Of a stretch of 64,000 nucleotides of DNA, positions 42,371 to 53,440 are shown piece by piece. The notes below the pieces were generated by a model that searched no databases, was not told where the DNA came from, and saw only the letters and a program-made list of their open reading frames with translations. Source of the DNA: Nostoc sp. (lineage in GTDB: Bacteria > Cyanobacteriota > Cyanobacteriia > Cyanobacteriales > Nostocaceae); contig JBALDB010000007.1 of the NCBI GenBank assembly GCA_036918135.1, positions 352,001-416,000 of the forward strand, given 5' to 3'. The position numbers were made by a program, and so were the translations under genes. How positions within the stretch are numbered: the first letter of the stretch is position 1; each line of letters opens with the position of its first letter.

Positions 42371-42744
42371 TACCGATTGGCAAAATTTATAATTAGTAAT
42401 TCGTAATTACAGTTGCCTAATGGTTTTAAACATTTTAAATCAGTAACGTGATTTAGCCGAACTGTAGTAGTTGCTGATACCAAATCCAAGACAACAAAAC
42501 TTGGGCATTGGGAGTGCTAAGTTAAAAGCGATGAGTTAGAAGTTATTAAATTACTCTTTCCCCACACTCCTCACACTTCCTCATCTCCCACTCTGTATAC
42601 GCAAAAACTCCACCCCTAAGAGGATGGAGTTTTTCATTGCCTAATTGACATAGGGTAACAAGACACGATACATCATGATCGAGCCATTAAATTTTTTCAG
42701 ATGAGAAATTTTTCTAATTCCCAACTTTACCAGTATCAGGAGGG

Positions 42745-43719
42745 GTGGAAATGGATGTCAGCTTAATAATATCGAACATCCTGAATCCGCCAGTTCTGTT
42801 TTTCTTTTTAGGCATGACTGCCGTTTTTGTCAAGTCCGATCTAGAAATTCCTCCACCAGTCCCGAAACTGCTTTCGCTTTATCTGCTATTGGCGATTGGT
42901 TTTAAAGGGGGGGTAGAACTGATTAAAAGCGGAATCACTCAGGAAGTAGTTCTCACACTCATTGCAGCCATGTTGATGGCTTGTTTTGTCCCTATTTACA
43001 CGTTTTTTATCCTCAAACTGAAGCTAGATATTTACGATGCTGCGGCGATCGCCGCAACATACGGTTCTATTAGTGCTGTTACCTTCATCACCGCTAGCTC
43101 CTTTCTCAACGAGCTTGGTATTAATTTTGATGGCTACATGGTAGCAGCCCTCGCCTTGATGGAATCTCCCGCCATCATAGTTGGTCTGATTTTAGTGAAT
43201 TTGTTCTCTCTCGATGAAAAGCGAGAGTTTGCCTGGAAGGAAGTTTTGCAAGAAGCATTTCTTAATAGTTCAGTCTTTCTTTTAGTTGGTAGCCTGATAA
43301 TAGGCTTCTTAACAGGAGAACGCGGTGGGAAGACTTTAGAACCCTTTACTCAAGGGATGTTTTATGGTGTTCTCAGCTTCTTTCTCTTGGATATGGGACT
43401 AGTGGCTGCCAGGAGAATTAAAGACTTGCAAAAAACCGGAGTTTTTCTAATTTCATTTGCGATATTAATTCCAATAGTTAATGCAGGCATTGGGTTGTTA
43501 ATTGCCAAATTTATCAATATGCCTCAAGGTGATTCGCTTTTGTTTGCGGTGTTGTGTGCCAGTGCCTCTTACATTGCTGTGCCAGCAGCTATGCGGATGA
43601 CTGTTCCAGAAGCAAACCCTAGCCTGTACGTTTCTACAGCTCTTGCAGTAACATTCCCGTTCAATATTATTGTGGGAATTCCGTTATATCTTTACGGAAT
43701 TAACATGTTTTGGAGGTAA
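42745..43719 (+). CDS. sbtA: Sodium-dependent bicarbonate transport family permease (SbtA-like)
   Basis: IGFKGG, YGSISAVTF, ALMESPA, ASASYIAVPA, TFPFN; followed by a PII-like gene. Confidence 0.85.
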   Translation: MEMDVSLIISNILNPPVLFFFLGMTAVFVKSDLEIPPPVPKLLSLYLLLAIGFKGGVELIKSGITQEVVLTLIAAMLMACFVPIYTFFILKLKLDIYDAAAIAATYGSISAVTFITASSFLNELGINFDGYMVAALALMESPAIIVGLILVNLFSLDEKREFAWKEVLQEAFLNSSVFLLVGSLIIGFLTGERGGKTLEPFTQGMFYGVLSFFLLDMGLVAARRIKDLQKTGVFLISFAILIPIVNAGIGLLIAKFINMPQGDSLLFAVLCASASYIAVPAAMRMTVPEANPSLYVSTALAVTFPFNIIVGIPLYLYGINMFWR

Positions 43720-43723
43720 TAAC

Positions 43724-44035
43724 ATGCATCTAGTTAAAAAGATAGAGATTATTGCTAACTCTTTTGAGCTTGGCAAAATATTAGATAGCTTAGACAAGTC
43801 TGGCGTACATGGTCATGCTGTAATCCGAAATGTTGCTGGCAAAGGATTACGAGGAACGGCAGAAGATTTAGACATGACGATGCTTGATAATGTCTACATC
43901 ATTGCGTTTTGTATGCCAGAAGAAATTAAGCGTGTTGTAGAAAACATTAAACCACTGCTTAACAAATTTGGCGGCACGTGTTACGTCTCAGACGTAATGG
44001 AAATTCGCTCAATGAAATGTGTTGCGTCGTTATAA
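43724..44035 (+). CDS. sbtB: PII-like SbtB family protein
   Basis: KKIEII...VIRNVAGKGLRG; GGAGG RBS before ATG 43724. Confidence 0.8.
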   Translation: MHLVKKIEIIANSFELGKILDSLDKSGVHGHAVIRNVAGKGLRGTAEDLDMTMLDNVYIIAFCMPEEIKRVVENIKPLLNKFGGTCYVSDVMEIRSMKCVASL

Positions 44036-44050
44036 AAAATCATAAATCCA

Positions 44051-44755
44051 ATGAAGCATTTCATGGACCGTCGTGGCTTTTTAAAGTTAGGAGTCACAGG
44101 AGCATTCGGGATAGTTTTAACTGCCAGTGATTTCCTCTGGCGAGTTGAACAAGTAAAAGCCGCAGAATTACCTCCTGAAACTCTTAGTCCCGATGCCGCA
44201 TTGCAAAAGTTGATAGAGGGAAATCAGCGGTTTGTTCAGCATCAACCCCAATATCCCGATCAATCTGCGGCTCGGTTGCAGGAAGTTGCTCAAGCGCAAC
44301 ATCCTTTTGCAACTATCCTCAGTTGTGCGGATTCACGAGTACCCGCAGAAATTATTTTTGACCAGGGTATCGGAGACATCTTTGATGTTCGCCTTGCCGG
44401 AAATATTGCCACGCCAGAATCACTCGGTAGTATCGAATATGCCGTTGTTTTATTAGGTACGCCAGTGTTGATGGTGCTGGGTCATGAGCGATGTGGAGCC
44501 GTAACTGCTGCTGTGAAGAATGAAGCGTTACTCGGTGATATTGGTAGCTTTGTTGAAGCAATTAAGCCTGTTGTCAAAAGTGCCAAGCTTCAGCCAGGGG
44601 ACGCGGTTGACAATGCTGTGGTTGCCAACGTCCAATATCAAATTGCACGGCTGAAGCGATCGCAGCTTTTAACTGAGCGGTTACAGTCTGGTAAATTGAA
44701 AATTGTTGGAGGTCGTTACGATTTAGATACAGGAGGAGTAACTATAATTAGTTGA
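44051..44755 (+). CDS. Beta-carbonic anhydrase with Tat signal (EcaB-like)
   Basis: DRRGFLK; CADSRV, GHERCGA. Confidence 0.9.
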   Translation: MKHFMDRRGFLKLGVTGAFGIVLTASDFLWRVEQVKAAELPPETLSPDAALQKLIEGNQRFVQHQPQYPDQSAARLQEVAQAQHPFATILSCADSRVPAEIIFDQGIGDIFDVRLAGNIATPESLGSIEYAVVLLGTPVLMVLGHERCGAVTAAVKNEALLGDIGSFVEAIKPVVKSAKLQPGDAVDNAVVANVQYQIARLKRSQLLTERLQSGKLKIVGGRYDLDTGGVTIIS

Positions 44756-45373
44756 TTAACCAAGATTATTAGCGTATTCTCTCAATCAAATAATCTGATA
44801 ATTAATTGCTTGAAGATTGAGAGTATCCGCTAATATTTTGCTTCTCAAGTACTTGCAAAATTAAAATAATGGTAAGAAAATCAATTTACGAACGGTGATT
44901 ATTTATATTTAATAAATTAATCCAGTAATACTATTTTATTGTTGTATATTTTAGCTTTTTACTTTTGTCTTATTGATTTCGTAGAGGCAATTGATAAATT
45001 ACCTCTACGGAAATATTCTTCCAAATTACTAGTACCGAAATTGGTACACCCAAATTACCATACAAACAATTATTTCTTAGCAATTATCCACACTGCGTGA
45101 ATAATTCCAGGAATGTAACCAAAAAGCGTTAAAACTATATTAATCCAAAAGTCTATGCCAAAACCTACTTGTAAAAAAACTCCCAAAGGTGGCACGAAAA
45201 TGGCACACAGAATCCGAACTAAATCCATTTAAACCTCCTCTTAATCTCATCTAAGACAACTTGTTGGCTAAGTCCTTGACCACTGTTCAAGCATATTTAT
45301 ACTTCTTAAAGATAACATTGATCCTCTCAATCTATATTGCAGTTAAGATGCGGGAAACCGCACATATTCAAGA

Positions 45374-45721
45374 TTAGCCGCCGCTGATTTTGGCTTTATA
45401 ACCAAGCTTGGTCAAAATCTCGACAATTTTCTGCTTGTGGTCGCCTTGAATTTCAATTTCGTTGTCTTTAATTGTCCCACCTGTACCACACTGAGTTTTC
45501 AACTGTTTAAGCAAATCTGCCAAAGTTTCTGGTTTGGCTTGAAAACCGCTAATCACGGTGACCGTTTTGCCTTTGCGTCCTTTGCGGGAAGCTTGCACTC
45601 TCAGATTTTGCTGTTGTGGGGGCAATTCTGGAATTGGTCTTTCTGTGGCGGCAGAGTTATCGCTACCAAATTCGCGGTAGACAAAGTTTTTATCAGAAGA
45701 TTTGGAATTGGAAGAAGACAT
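45374..45721 (-). CDS. Translation initiation factor SUI1/YciH family
   Basis: RKGKTVTVI, CGTGGT, IEIQGDH. Confidence 0.92.
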   Translation of the reverse strand: MSSSNSKSSDKNFVYREFGSDNSAATERPIPELPPQQQNLRVQASRKGRKGKTVTVISGFQAKPETLADLLKQLKTQCGTGGTIKDNEIEIQGDHKQKIVEILTKLGYKAKISGG

Positions 45722-46007
45722 AAAATATTTATTAATAAAAATTTCCAAGCAGTGGAAACTTCAATCTTAGGGTTCACAGATACAAACAACAACTGCTCAA
45801 CTGTAGGTTATATAACCATCATATAACGCTGCCTCATCAGCTCTATTCCTGTACCAATGCCAATGCTTGATTCATCACACCGTCAGATAAATACATCTTA
45901 CACAGGCGCAATTGTTCTATAAGTGTACGTGCAACAAGTATTACCCCTCGTTATTTGCTAGACTTTCTTATAATAATTAAATTATTTTCTTCATTAAAAT
46001 TCAGCCT

Positions 46008-47243
46008 GTGACTACCACTCCCCTCTCTACAAATTCAACTGCTCAAGTTCCCGATACGCTAGGCCGCTTTGGACGCTTTGGCGGTAAGTATGTACCTGAG
46101 ACGTTAATGCCTGCTCTTGCTGAATTAGAAGCAGCTTATCAGCAGTACCGCAACGATCCGGGTTTTCAAGCAGAACTACAGCAGTTGTTGCGGGATTATG
46201 TAGGACGTGCCACACCATTGTATTTCGCTGAACGCCTGACTGCTCATTATGCCCGTCCCGATCGCACCGGGCCACAAATTTACTTAAAACGTGAAGATTT
46301 AAACCATACTGGCGCTCACAAAATTAATAATGCCCTTGGTCAGGTATTGTTAGCAAAGCGCATGGGTAAGCAGCGAATTATTGCCGAAACTGGTGCCGGA
46401 CAACATGGAGTAGCCACAGCCACGGTTTGCGCTCGTTTTGGACTGCAATGCGTAATATATATGGGCGTTCACGATATGGAACGCCAAGCCTTGAATGTGT
46501 TCAGAATGCGGTTGATGGGGGCAGAAGTACGTCCGGTGGAAGCGGGAACGGGAACCCTCAAAGATGCCACTTCGGAAGCAATCCGAGATTGGGTGACGAA
46601 TGTAGAAACTACTCATTATATCCTGGGTTCCGTAGCAGGGCCTCATCCTTACCCAATGATGGTACGTGATTTCCATGCTGTTATCGGCGAAGAAACTCGC
46701 GCTCAAGCAATGGAAAAATGGGGTGGATTGCCTGATATTCTCATAGCTTGTGTAGGTGGTGGTTCCAATGCTATGGGACTATTTTTTGAGTTTATCAATG
46801 AACCTTCTATACGCTTAATTGGAATTGAAGCAGCCGGAGAAGGTGTCAATACCGAAAAACACGCAGCTACCTTGACAAAAGGACGAGTTGGTGTATTGCA
46901 TGGGGCAATGAGCTATCTGCTGCAAGATGAGGATGGGCAAATCATTGAGGCACACTCAATTAGTGCAGGGTTAGATTATCCGGGTGTGGGGCCAGAACAT
47001 AGCTATTTAAAGGATATTGGTCGCGCTGAATATTATAGTGTTACGGATGCAGAAGCTTTAGCAGCGTTCCAACAGTTATCGAAATTAGAGGGAATTATTC
47101 CAGCATTGGAAACAGCTCATGCAATCGCCTACTTGGAAATCCTGTGTCCGCAACTAACTGGCAGTCCTCGGATTGTGATTAACTGCTCTGGACGTGGTGA
47201 TAAGGATGTACAAACAGTAGCCAAGTCTTTAGATCCCGCGTAA
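46008..47243 (+). CDS. trpB: Tryptophan synthase beta chain
   Basis: [27 protein letters not shown]. Confidence 0.97.
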   Translation: MTTTPLSTNSTAQVPDTLGRFGRFGGKYVPETLMPALAELEAAYQQYRNDPGFQAELQQLLRDYVGRATPLYFAERLTAHYARPDRTGPQIYLKREDLNHTGAHKINNALGQVLLAKRMGKQRIIAETGAGQHGVATATVCARFGLQCVIYMGVHDMERQALNVFRMRLMGAEVRPVEAGTGTLKDATSEAIRDWVTNVETTHYILGSVAGPHPYPMMVRDFHAVIGEETRAQAMEKWGGLPDILIACVGGGSNAMGLFFEFINEPSIRLIGIEAAGEGVNTEKHAATLTKGRVGVLHGAMSYLLQDEDGQIIEAHSISAGLDYPGVGPEHSYLKDIGRAEYYSVTDAEALAAFQQLSKLEGIIPALETAHAIAYLEILCPQLTGSPRIVINCSGRGDKDVQTVAKSLDPA

Positions 47244-47278
47244 ATAAATATACGTCAAGCATTACGGAGAAAGCAACG

Positions 47279-48415
47279 ATGGATCGACAATTCCAACACG
47301 CTATGCTACCGAAAACCACTCAAGACGAGTTGGCGCGCCAAGAGTTTGTCCAAAGTTTAAAACTGCACATTTTTCGCAATCTCTCTCCTGGCAATAAAGT
47401 AGTTTATGAAAAATTAGCCAAACCAAAGTTTGAACAACAACATCAGCGTCCTCCCCAAAATCGTTATGAAATTCGGGAAGTAATGCAAGACGAACCCTAC
47501 TACCGCTGGAATAGTGTCCTGAAACGCATCAGCCAGGAAATGTTATGGGATGCGGTAAATGCCAGCGTTGATAGGCAACTGCCAGAGTTGATTGAGCGTG
47601 CTAAAGACAAGCGCGATCGACTGGGTACTTTAACCCTCGACCCAAACTTTTCAATACCTACTTATCAAAAGGCTGTAGACATCCACTGTATGCCTGGAGG
47701 ATATCACAGCGAATTTACCGCTGATGATGTAGCGGCTGGCGCAACTTACGATCGCGGCACTTATGTTTATGGTGTAGGTTGGTTGGGGCCACTCAATGAT
47801 GATATGGGGCTATCTATAGTCCAAAACTACCTTCTAAAAGAGTATCCCGACTTTCGACCCAGAAAAATTCTCGATATGGGATGCTCTGTGGGTCATAGCA
47901 CATTACCCTACGTAGATGGTTACCCAGATGCAGAAGTCCACGCCATAGATATAAGCGCACCTATGCTGCGTTACGCTCATGCAAGAGCGGAATCTTTGGG
48001 CAAACGCGTATACTTCTCTCAGCAAAATGCCGAACAGACTAACTTCCCGGATGAATCTTTTGACTTAGTAGTTTCTCACATTTTGCTACATGAAATTCCG
48101 CCGCCAGTTGTCCGGAAAGTGATGCAAGAGTCTTATCGTCTACTGGCTCCTGGTGGGATGATGCTACATGTGGAAGCACCGTTGTATCGTCACATGGATA
48201 CCTACACACAGTTTATATTTGATTGGGAAACTGCGAACAACAACGAACCTTTCTGGAGTGCTGTACGCGATTTGGATTTGGTAGCACTAGCTACTGAAGC
48301 TGGTTTTGCAGCAGATAAGACATTTGAGAAATTTGTTCCTAACGGGGCATGGAAAGCTCAAAATGGTAACTCTAATAGCCAAGGTAGTTGGTTTGTGGTT
48401 GCTGCAACTAAATAA
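47279..48415 (+). CDS. Class I SAM-dependent methyltransferase with long N-terminal extension
   Basis: ILDMGCSVG, IDISAPML, HILLHE, LAPGG. Confidence 0.85.
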   Translation: MDRQFQHAMLPKTTQDELARQEFVQSLKLHIFRNLSPGNKVVYEKLAKPKFEQQHQRPPQNRYEIREVMQDEPYYRWNSVLKRISQEMLWDAVNASVDRQLPELIERAKDKRDRLGTLTLDPNFSIPTYQKAVDIHCMPGGYHSEFTADDVAAGATYDRGTYVYGVGWLGPLNDDMGLSIVQNYLLKEYPDFRPRKILDMGCSVGHSTLPYVDGYPDAEVHAIDISAPMLRYAHARAESLGKRVYFSQQNAEQTNFPDESFDLVVSHILLHEIPPPVVRKVMQESYRLLAPGGMMLHVEAPLYRHMDTYTQFIFDWETANNNEPFWSAVRDLDLVALATEAGFAADKTFEKFVPNGAWKAQNGNSNSQGSWFVVAATK

Positions 48416-48511
48416 GCAGAGTAATTCGTAATTCGTAATTAAGGAAGTCCGATTTTCTCTGGATTTCCTTATTTTGCGATCTAGCCTTGTTTTGGGAAAT
48501 TTGGAGTTAGG

Positions 48512-48799
48512 ATGGCAAAAACAGTCAAAGGTAAACACCCAGTTTACTTAGAGAATCCGCAAATCGATAAATTGCTAGCGATGATTATGGCTTTGACTGG
48601 TGAAGTATCCGTACTACGCGATCGCTTGGACACCATCGAACGGTTGCTAGAGGTTAAAGGTATTTTATCGATTACTGAAATAGAAGGTTATCAACCGGAT
48701 GCCGAAGTAATTAATCAACGGGAAAAGTGGCGTGCAGAGTACATAAGGCGGGTCTTGCGCGTCGTGCAGGAAGAGTTACAAGCCCTCAGTCAAGACTAA
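48512..48799 (+). CDS. Small helical hypothetical protein
   Basis: 95 aa; ALTGEVSVLRDRLDTIERLL coiled-coil-like. Confidence 0.7.
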   Translation: MAKTVKGKHPVYLENPQIDKLLAMIMALTGEVSVLRDRLDTIERLLEVKGILSITEIEGYQPDAEVINQREKWRAEYIRRVLRVVQEELQALSQD

Positions 48800-49125
48800 T
48801 TCACACAAATTTTCCTTTGCACATAGGTTAGGCAAGATTTAAACTATTTTACGAAATTCGCAATTGATATGTAGGGGCGTATAGCTGTACGCTCCTAAAT
48901 ATGTCTAAATTCCTCAAAATCCTCAATTCTCAATCAAACTAACGCTGATTTTTCCCAAGCTAGCCTATGGAACTATTGACAATTGCAAATGATTGCTTGT
49001 ATGCCCTGTAAAGGATGTGGTCAAATTGCCGAAATTCATCAATCCTTAATAGTATTCTCGTATATATTTTCAGAACTATAAGGTAGAGTATAAGTCTTAT
49101 ATCTCTACATATTACGCAATTCTCC

Positions 49126-49674
49126 ATGTTTCGACAAACTGCTTTTGGCATCGCTTTAACTGCGCTTGTCCTTGCTAGTGGATTAACGACTGTTCCGATA
49201 CCAAATCATACTTCTACAAATACATCCACCCGTAATAAGCTGTTGTCGCTTTTTTCTAGTCAGGTTGCAATATCAACTCCTACTTTTAAACCTACTGAGC
49301 TAGAAAAATCTGTTTTTGAGCAAATTAATCGATATCGAGCTTCTAAAGGGCTACCAAAGCTAACCCTAAATGCAAGCATTACACGACAGGCAAGAATTCA
49401 TAGTCAAAATATGGCTCAAGGGAAAACGCCATTTAGCCATCGGGGATTTGAAGGGCGAGTCAAAGCTATCACCATTCCTTACAACAGTGCAGCGGAAAAT
49501 GTCGCTTTCAACCTGGGATATAGCAATCCCGCAGCCGAAGCTGTTAGTGGTTGGGTCAAAAGCCCCGGACATCTAAAAAATATTAAAGGAAATTACAACC
49601 TCACTGGAATTGGGGTTGCTACTAATAGTCAAGGCGAAGTCTACCTAACGCAAATGTTTTTTCATACTAGGTAG
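49126..49674 (+). CDS. CAP (SCP) domain protein
   Basis: Signal peptide; INRYR, ARIHS, AENVA, WVKSPGH. Confidence 0.9.
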   Translation: MFRQTAFGIALTALVLASGLTTVPIPNHTSTNTSTRNKLLSLFSSQVAISTPTFKPTELEKSVFEQINRYRASKGLPKLTLNASITRQARIHSQNMAQGKTPFSHRGFEGRVKAITIPYNSAAENVAFNLGYSNPAAEAVSGWVKSPGHLKNIKGNYNLTGIGVATNSQGEVYLTQMFFHTR

Positions 49675-49762
49675 ATTTAATTTTTGATATTTTTGCACAA
49701 TAATAATGTATTGTCTGACAAGACTTTTGTCTGCTGGACACTACATTATTTTTGAACCTTTG

Positions 49763-50392
49763 ATGACATTACAAGATTTTCAGGTGAGCGATCGCGACCT
49801 CAGTGATGCAGCCGTTAAAGAGTATCTAAAATCGACAGCAATTGCAGTAGATACAGAAACGATGGGATTATTACCGCAGCGCGATCGTTTGTGTCTCGTT
49901 CAGTTATGCAACCTAGAAGGAAAAGTTACCGTAATCCGCATTGCCAAAGGACAAACTGACGCCTCAAATCTACAAAAGCTTTTATCGGCCGCGAATGTTG
50001 TAAAAGTGTTTCACTTTGCTCGTTTTGACCTTGCTACTTTGCGAGCCAATTTAGGGATTCAAGTTCACCCTGTTTTTTGTACGAAAATCGCTAGTAAGTT
50101 AGCCCGTACCTATACGAATCGCCACGGACTAAAGGATGTGGTGCAAGAATTAGAACGACTAGAACTGGATAAAAGCGCTCAAAGTTCTGATTGGGGTAAC
50201 GCTGCTAATCTATCTGAGGCTCAATTGAGTTATGCCGCCAATGATGTGCGCTACTTACTTAGCGTCCAAGAGAAGCTTACCGAAATGCTCAAACGAGAAG
50301 AACGTTGGCAACTTGCTCAAGAATGTTTTGAATTTTTGCCAACAATAGTTTCCTTAGACTTGCTGCAATTTAAAGATTTATTTGAACATTAA
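49763..50392 (+). CDS. Ribonuclease D-like 3'-5' exonuclease
   Basis: AVDTET, FHFARFD, QSSDW, YAANDV (DEDDy). Confidence 0.9.
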   Translation: MTLQDFQVSDRDLSDAAVKEYLKSTAIAVDTETMGLLPQRDRLCLVQLCNLEGKVTVIRIAKGQTDASNLQKLLSAANVVKVFHFARFDLATLRANLGIQVHPVFCTKIASKLARTYTNRHGLKDVVQELERLELDKSAQSSDWGNAANLSEAQLSYAANDVRYLLSVQEKLTEMLKREERWQLAQECFEFLPTIVSLDLLQFKDLFEH

Positions 50393-50788
50393 TTATTTTA
50401 ATTGATTGTTGCCTACTTTGTTGTGTTCAATTACAACATATTTCAACAAGCATCAAGTACACCATCTAGCTCTAGTAGCTAATCACACAGCCTTTTCTAA
50501 ATTAAAATTCACTAATTCTGCTGTATGATTGAAAATTATAAATTATTTAGTGATTAATTTATAGTTGGGTTAAATTTAGCTTTAGCTTTACCGAACAAAG
50601 CCTTAATAATATAGGAATATAGGTTCCGAAGACGTAAGCAAGCTATGCGTCTCAAACACCACTTATTCATCGGGGAGACCCCCTGTCCCTGCAGTGGCTC
50701 CCCAACCTTCGCCTACACCTAATGACTAGTTTTTCAGACCATTTTTTGCCTCAGATCCGACATTCTAATCATCTGAACTTCTAAAAGT

Positions 50789-51547
50789 TCAAGATTCTTT
50801 AATGTCTTCCTTGATTTCATTAGCTTTATTTTGAACGCCTTCCTTAACTTCACCAGCTTTCTGTTGAAGGTCACCAGTTTTGTCTTGAACGCCTTCCTTG
50901 ACGTCACCAGCTTTCTGTTGAATATCTTCCTTGACGTCACCAGCTTTTTGTTGGATGTCTTCCTTGACATCACCAGCTTTCTGTTGAAGGTCACCAGCTT
51001 TGTCTTGAATACCTTCCTTGAGCTCGCCAGCTTTCTGTTGGATGTCTTCCTTGAGGTTACTGACTCCCTTTTTAATGCTTTCAACGGGACTAGCACCTCC
51101 CTTTGGCTGATTTTCTGCATGATTTTGTAGCCGAGCTACCACATTGTATTCATCAGCACCTGCGGGAGTTTTTGATTCAATAATACCTTCCGTGGGACCA
51201 CCAATCGCTTTCCATGCTTCAAGACCACCTTGAAGTTGAGAAACATGCTCAAATCCATTAGAACGAAGTTGTTGTGCTGCTTGGGCAGCTTCTTCTTCAT
51301 TAGCACCATAAACATAAATATCACGGCTTTTATCCAAAGAAGCTACTGCACGGTCTACCAATTCATCTATTGACATGGGCATCGCTCCCATAATGTGACC
51401 TTCATTATAGGTTCTGCGATCGCGCACATCCAATATTGTAAAAGCTGGTTCACCCCATTCCAAACGAGACTTCAGCGTGTGAGCATCAGATTGTGCTTGT
51501 ATTGGTGGCTGTGGGGGAATGATGCCGCCTACTAAATTGTTATTCAT
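50789..51547 (-). CDS. Rhodanese-like domain protein with LEA/CsbD-like 11-aa repeat tail
   Basis: ILDVR, GHIMGA, GGLEAW; tail of KEDIQQKAGDV-type repeats. Confidence 0.85.
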   Translation of the reverse strand: MNNNLVGGIIPPQPPIQAQSDAHTLKSRLEWGEPAFTILDVRDRRTYNEGHIMGAMPMSIDELVDRAVASLDKSRDIYVYGANEEEAAQAAQQLRSNGFEHVSQLQGGLEAWKAIGGPTEGIIESKTPAGADEYNVVARLQNHAENQPKGGASPVESIKKGVSNLKEDIQQKAGELKEGIQDKAGDLQQKAGDVKEDIQQKAGDVKEDIQQKAGDVKEGVQDKTGDLQQKAGEVKEGVQNKANEIKEDIKES

Positions 51548-51889
51548 AACTATTCCTTACTGACGATATTAATAACAATTTAACAAATAAAGTATCTTCA
51601 ATTGCTCTTTCGCGAGGATGAACATATTTAAAGTCTCTCTTGAGATAGACTTAGTAATTTCCTGAATTTATACCATTTAATAAATTGCCAATTTAGTCAA
51701 TTAATACTATGAAAACCTAATATTTACTCTAAAAATAATTATTTTTATGTTTCTAAAAATTGATAATTTAGCGTTATTTAAGAAAAGATTCATAATTTCA
51801 TTAGTTAATTGATAAAACTTTTCATTTGAAAACGCAAATGAGTTACCAAGAGAACGAAACCGAGGATAGAAGTCAGGATGCATTCTCTT

Positions 51890-52140
51890 GAAAAGTGACG
51901 CCCCTATGTTACATAGTTGAGCCACTGCATTGGACGCCTCTGGTGGCTTTCAAGTAAGTGGCGTCTGATTCAATAGTGCAGCTAAGTCGAGTCTTGTCTG
52001 TTGCACGCTCTTGGGTTCGAGCGCCGGAAGCCTCTCTTGTCTACAAGATGCACTTGCGTTCGCAATCTTACTTTGCGATGTGTCGCTCTAAACGTTGGTG
52101 CAAGAACAGAAGCTATGCCGAACGCAAGTGCGTCTTTGTA
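51890..52140 (+). repeat. GC-rich composite dispersed element (homolog of 56708-56998, inverted)
   Basis: Shared blocks TTGAGCCACT, GCAGCTAAG, ACGCTCTTG, CGGAAGCCT, GCAATCTTACTTTGCG. Confidence 0.7.
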
Positions 52141-53440
52141 AAGAAAAGACTTTACACGATGCTAATATACCGCTAAAAGCCGATGCTGGTGACTTTTCGC
52201 TATTTCTTGTAATACTTTCTACTCAAAAAAGCAATACATTTATTTTTCCTTTTTGCCTGCTTCTATTAAAATGCTTTGCTGATTTAAGTATATCGGTGTG
52301 AATATTTATAATTGGGATGAGGCAGAAGGCAGTCCCGATGAAACAAGTTTCACCACCAAGCATGAAAAATGTATTTTCCCCTACACCCTTACACCCCTCT
52401 TTCAAGTCAGGAGGCAGCTATGCTTGAGGAAAAAGGGTTTAAGCCAATTTAATTTTTCTTAAGATAGTTTTGTTTTTTCATACCGTTCTATTTACATGAA
52501 TTGAGAGAAGTCTCTAGCAACGCATTGAGAAATTAAACACATCATTTGTTACTTTTATTACAGGTTGTGGTTTTATTCTAAATGCACTATTTTTATCAGA
52601 CTTTTTGGCAAACGGTATAATTTATAAAGCTCTTGCTAATATCGTGTTGGCTCCAAATTTTGTCTGTTAAAGTTATTTTTGCTGCTCTTATGCCTTCTGC
52701 TGATACTCTAAGTCTTTACCTGCTCGGACTAATTCATAACTATAACTCATCTATAATTAAAGTTAATTTAAAAATATTTATTAGTACATTTTTATATGTT
52801 TATTAATTCATTAACTGGTCTGTCCATCAATTACGAATTAGTTAGGGCTTTGCCTTCTTTAACTGATATGAGGAATTACTAATTATTCTGCTCGTAGTCT
52901 TAAAGTTAAACTTGTAGTATATTATATGCTTAAGAGGATAACTACATATAAATGCACGTTGATTAAATTTTCCCAGGTCTTCCTCAGCGAGTCATATCCC
53001 TTGGCTAAAGTACAGTTGGGTAGGTAATTTAGAATCTAGATTGGCTTATGGCTTAGTTTGTGAGCCTAGATAGAAACCTATTAATTAGGCAGTGTGTTCT
53101 TTGACGACAAAGTTATAGCGATCGCCATTGCCTCTGGTGTTTCATTTGAGCTATTTGTGGTGATGCAGATCGGCTCTAGTGGCTATTGTGTGTATTCGGT
53201 TTAGGATCATACCATAAAATTTAAAACTTCTACCAAAGTTCTACAATACTTATACAAGTTATAAGCATGACGATGACTGAAGTTTTGCTCAACCTCATGG
53301 AGATTTAATTGTAAACAAGTACTACAGTAGCGATCGCACTAAGCAAAAATCAGCGTGAATGTACTTTCAACACAAACACGTAAAGCAAAACTAGCACAAC
53401 AGTTAATTGCCCAACCAACAATAGGCAGCAAGGTAACATT

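Noticed and set aside
42560..42590. ACTCCTCACAC (Yfr1 sRNA core motif)
   Set aside because: Embedded in low-complexity CCCCACACT-type repeats without the flanking Yfr1 hairpins or guaB/trxA context
45188..45212. GGCACGAAAATGGCAC direct repeat as an att/integrase-end remnant
   Set aside because: No integrase, tRNA or second copy seen
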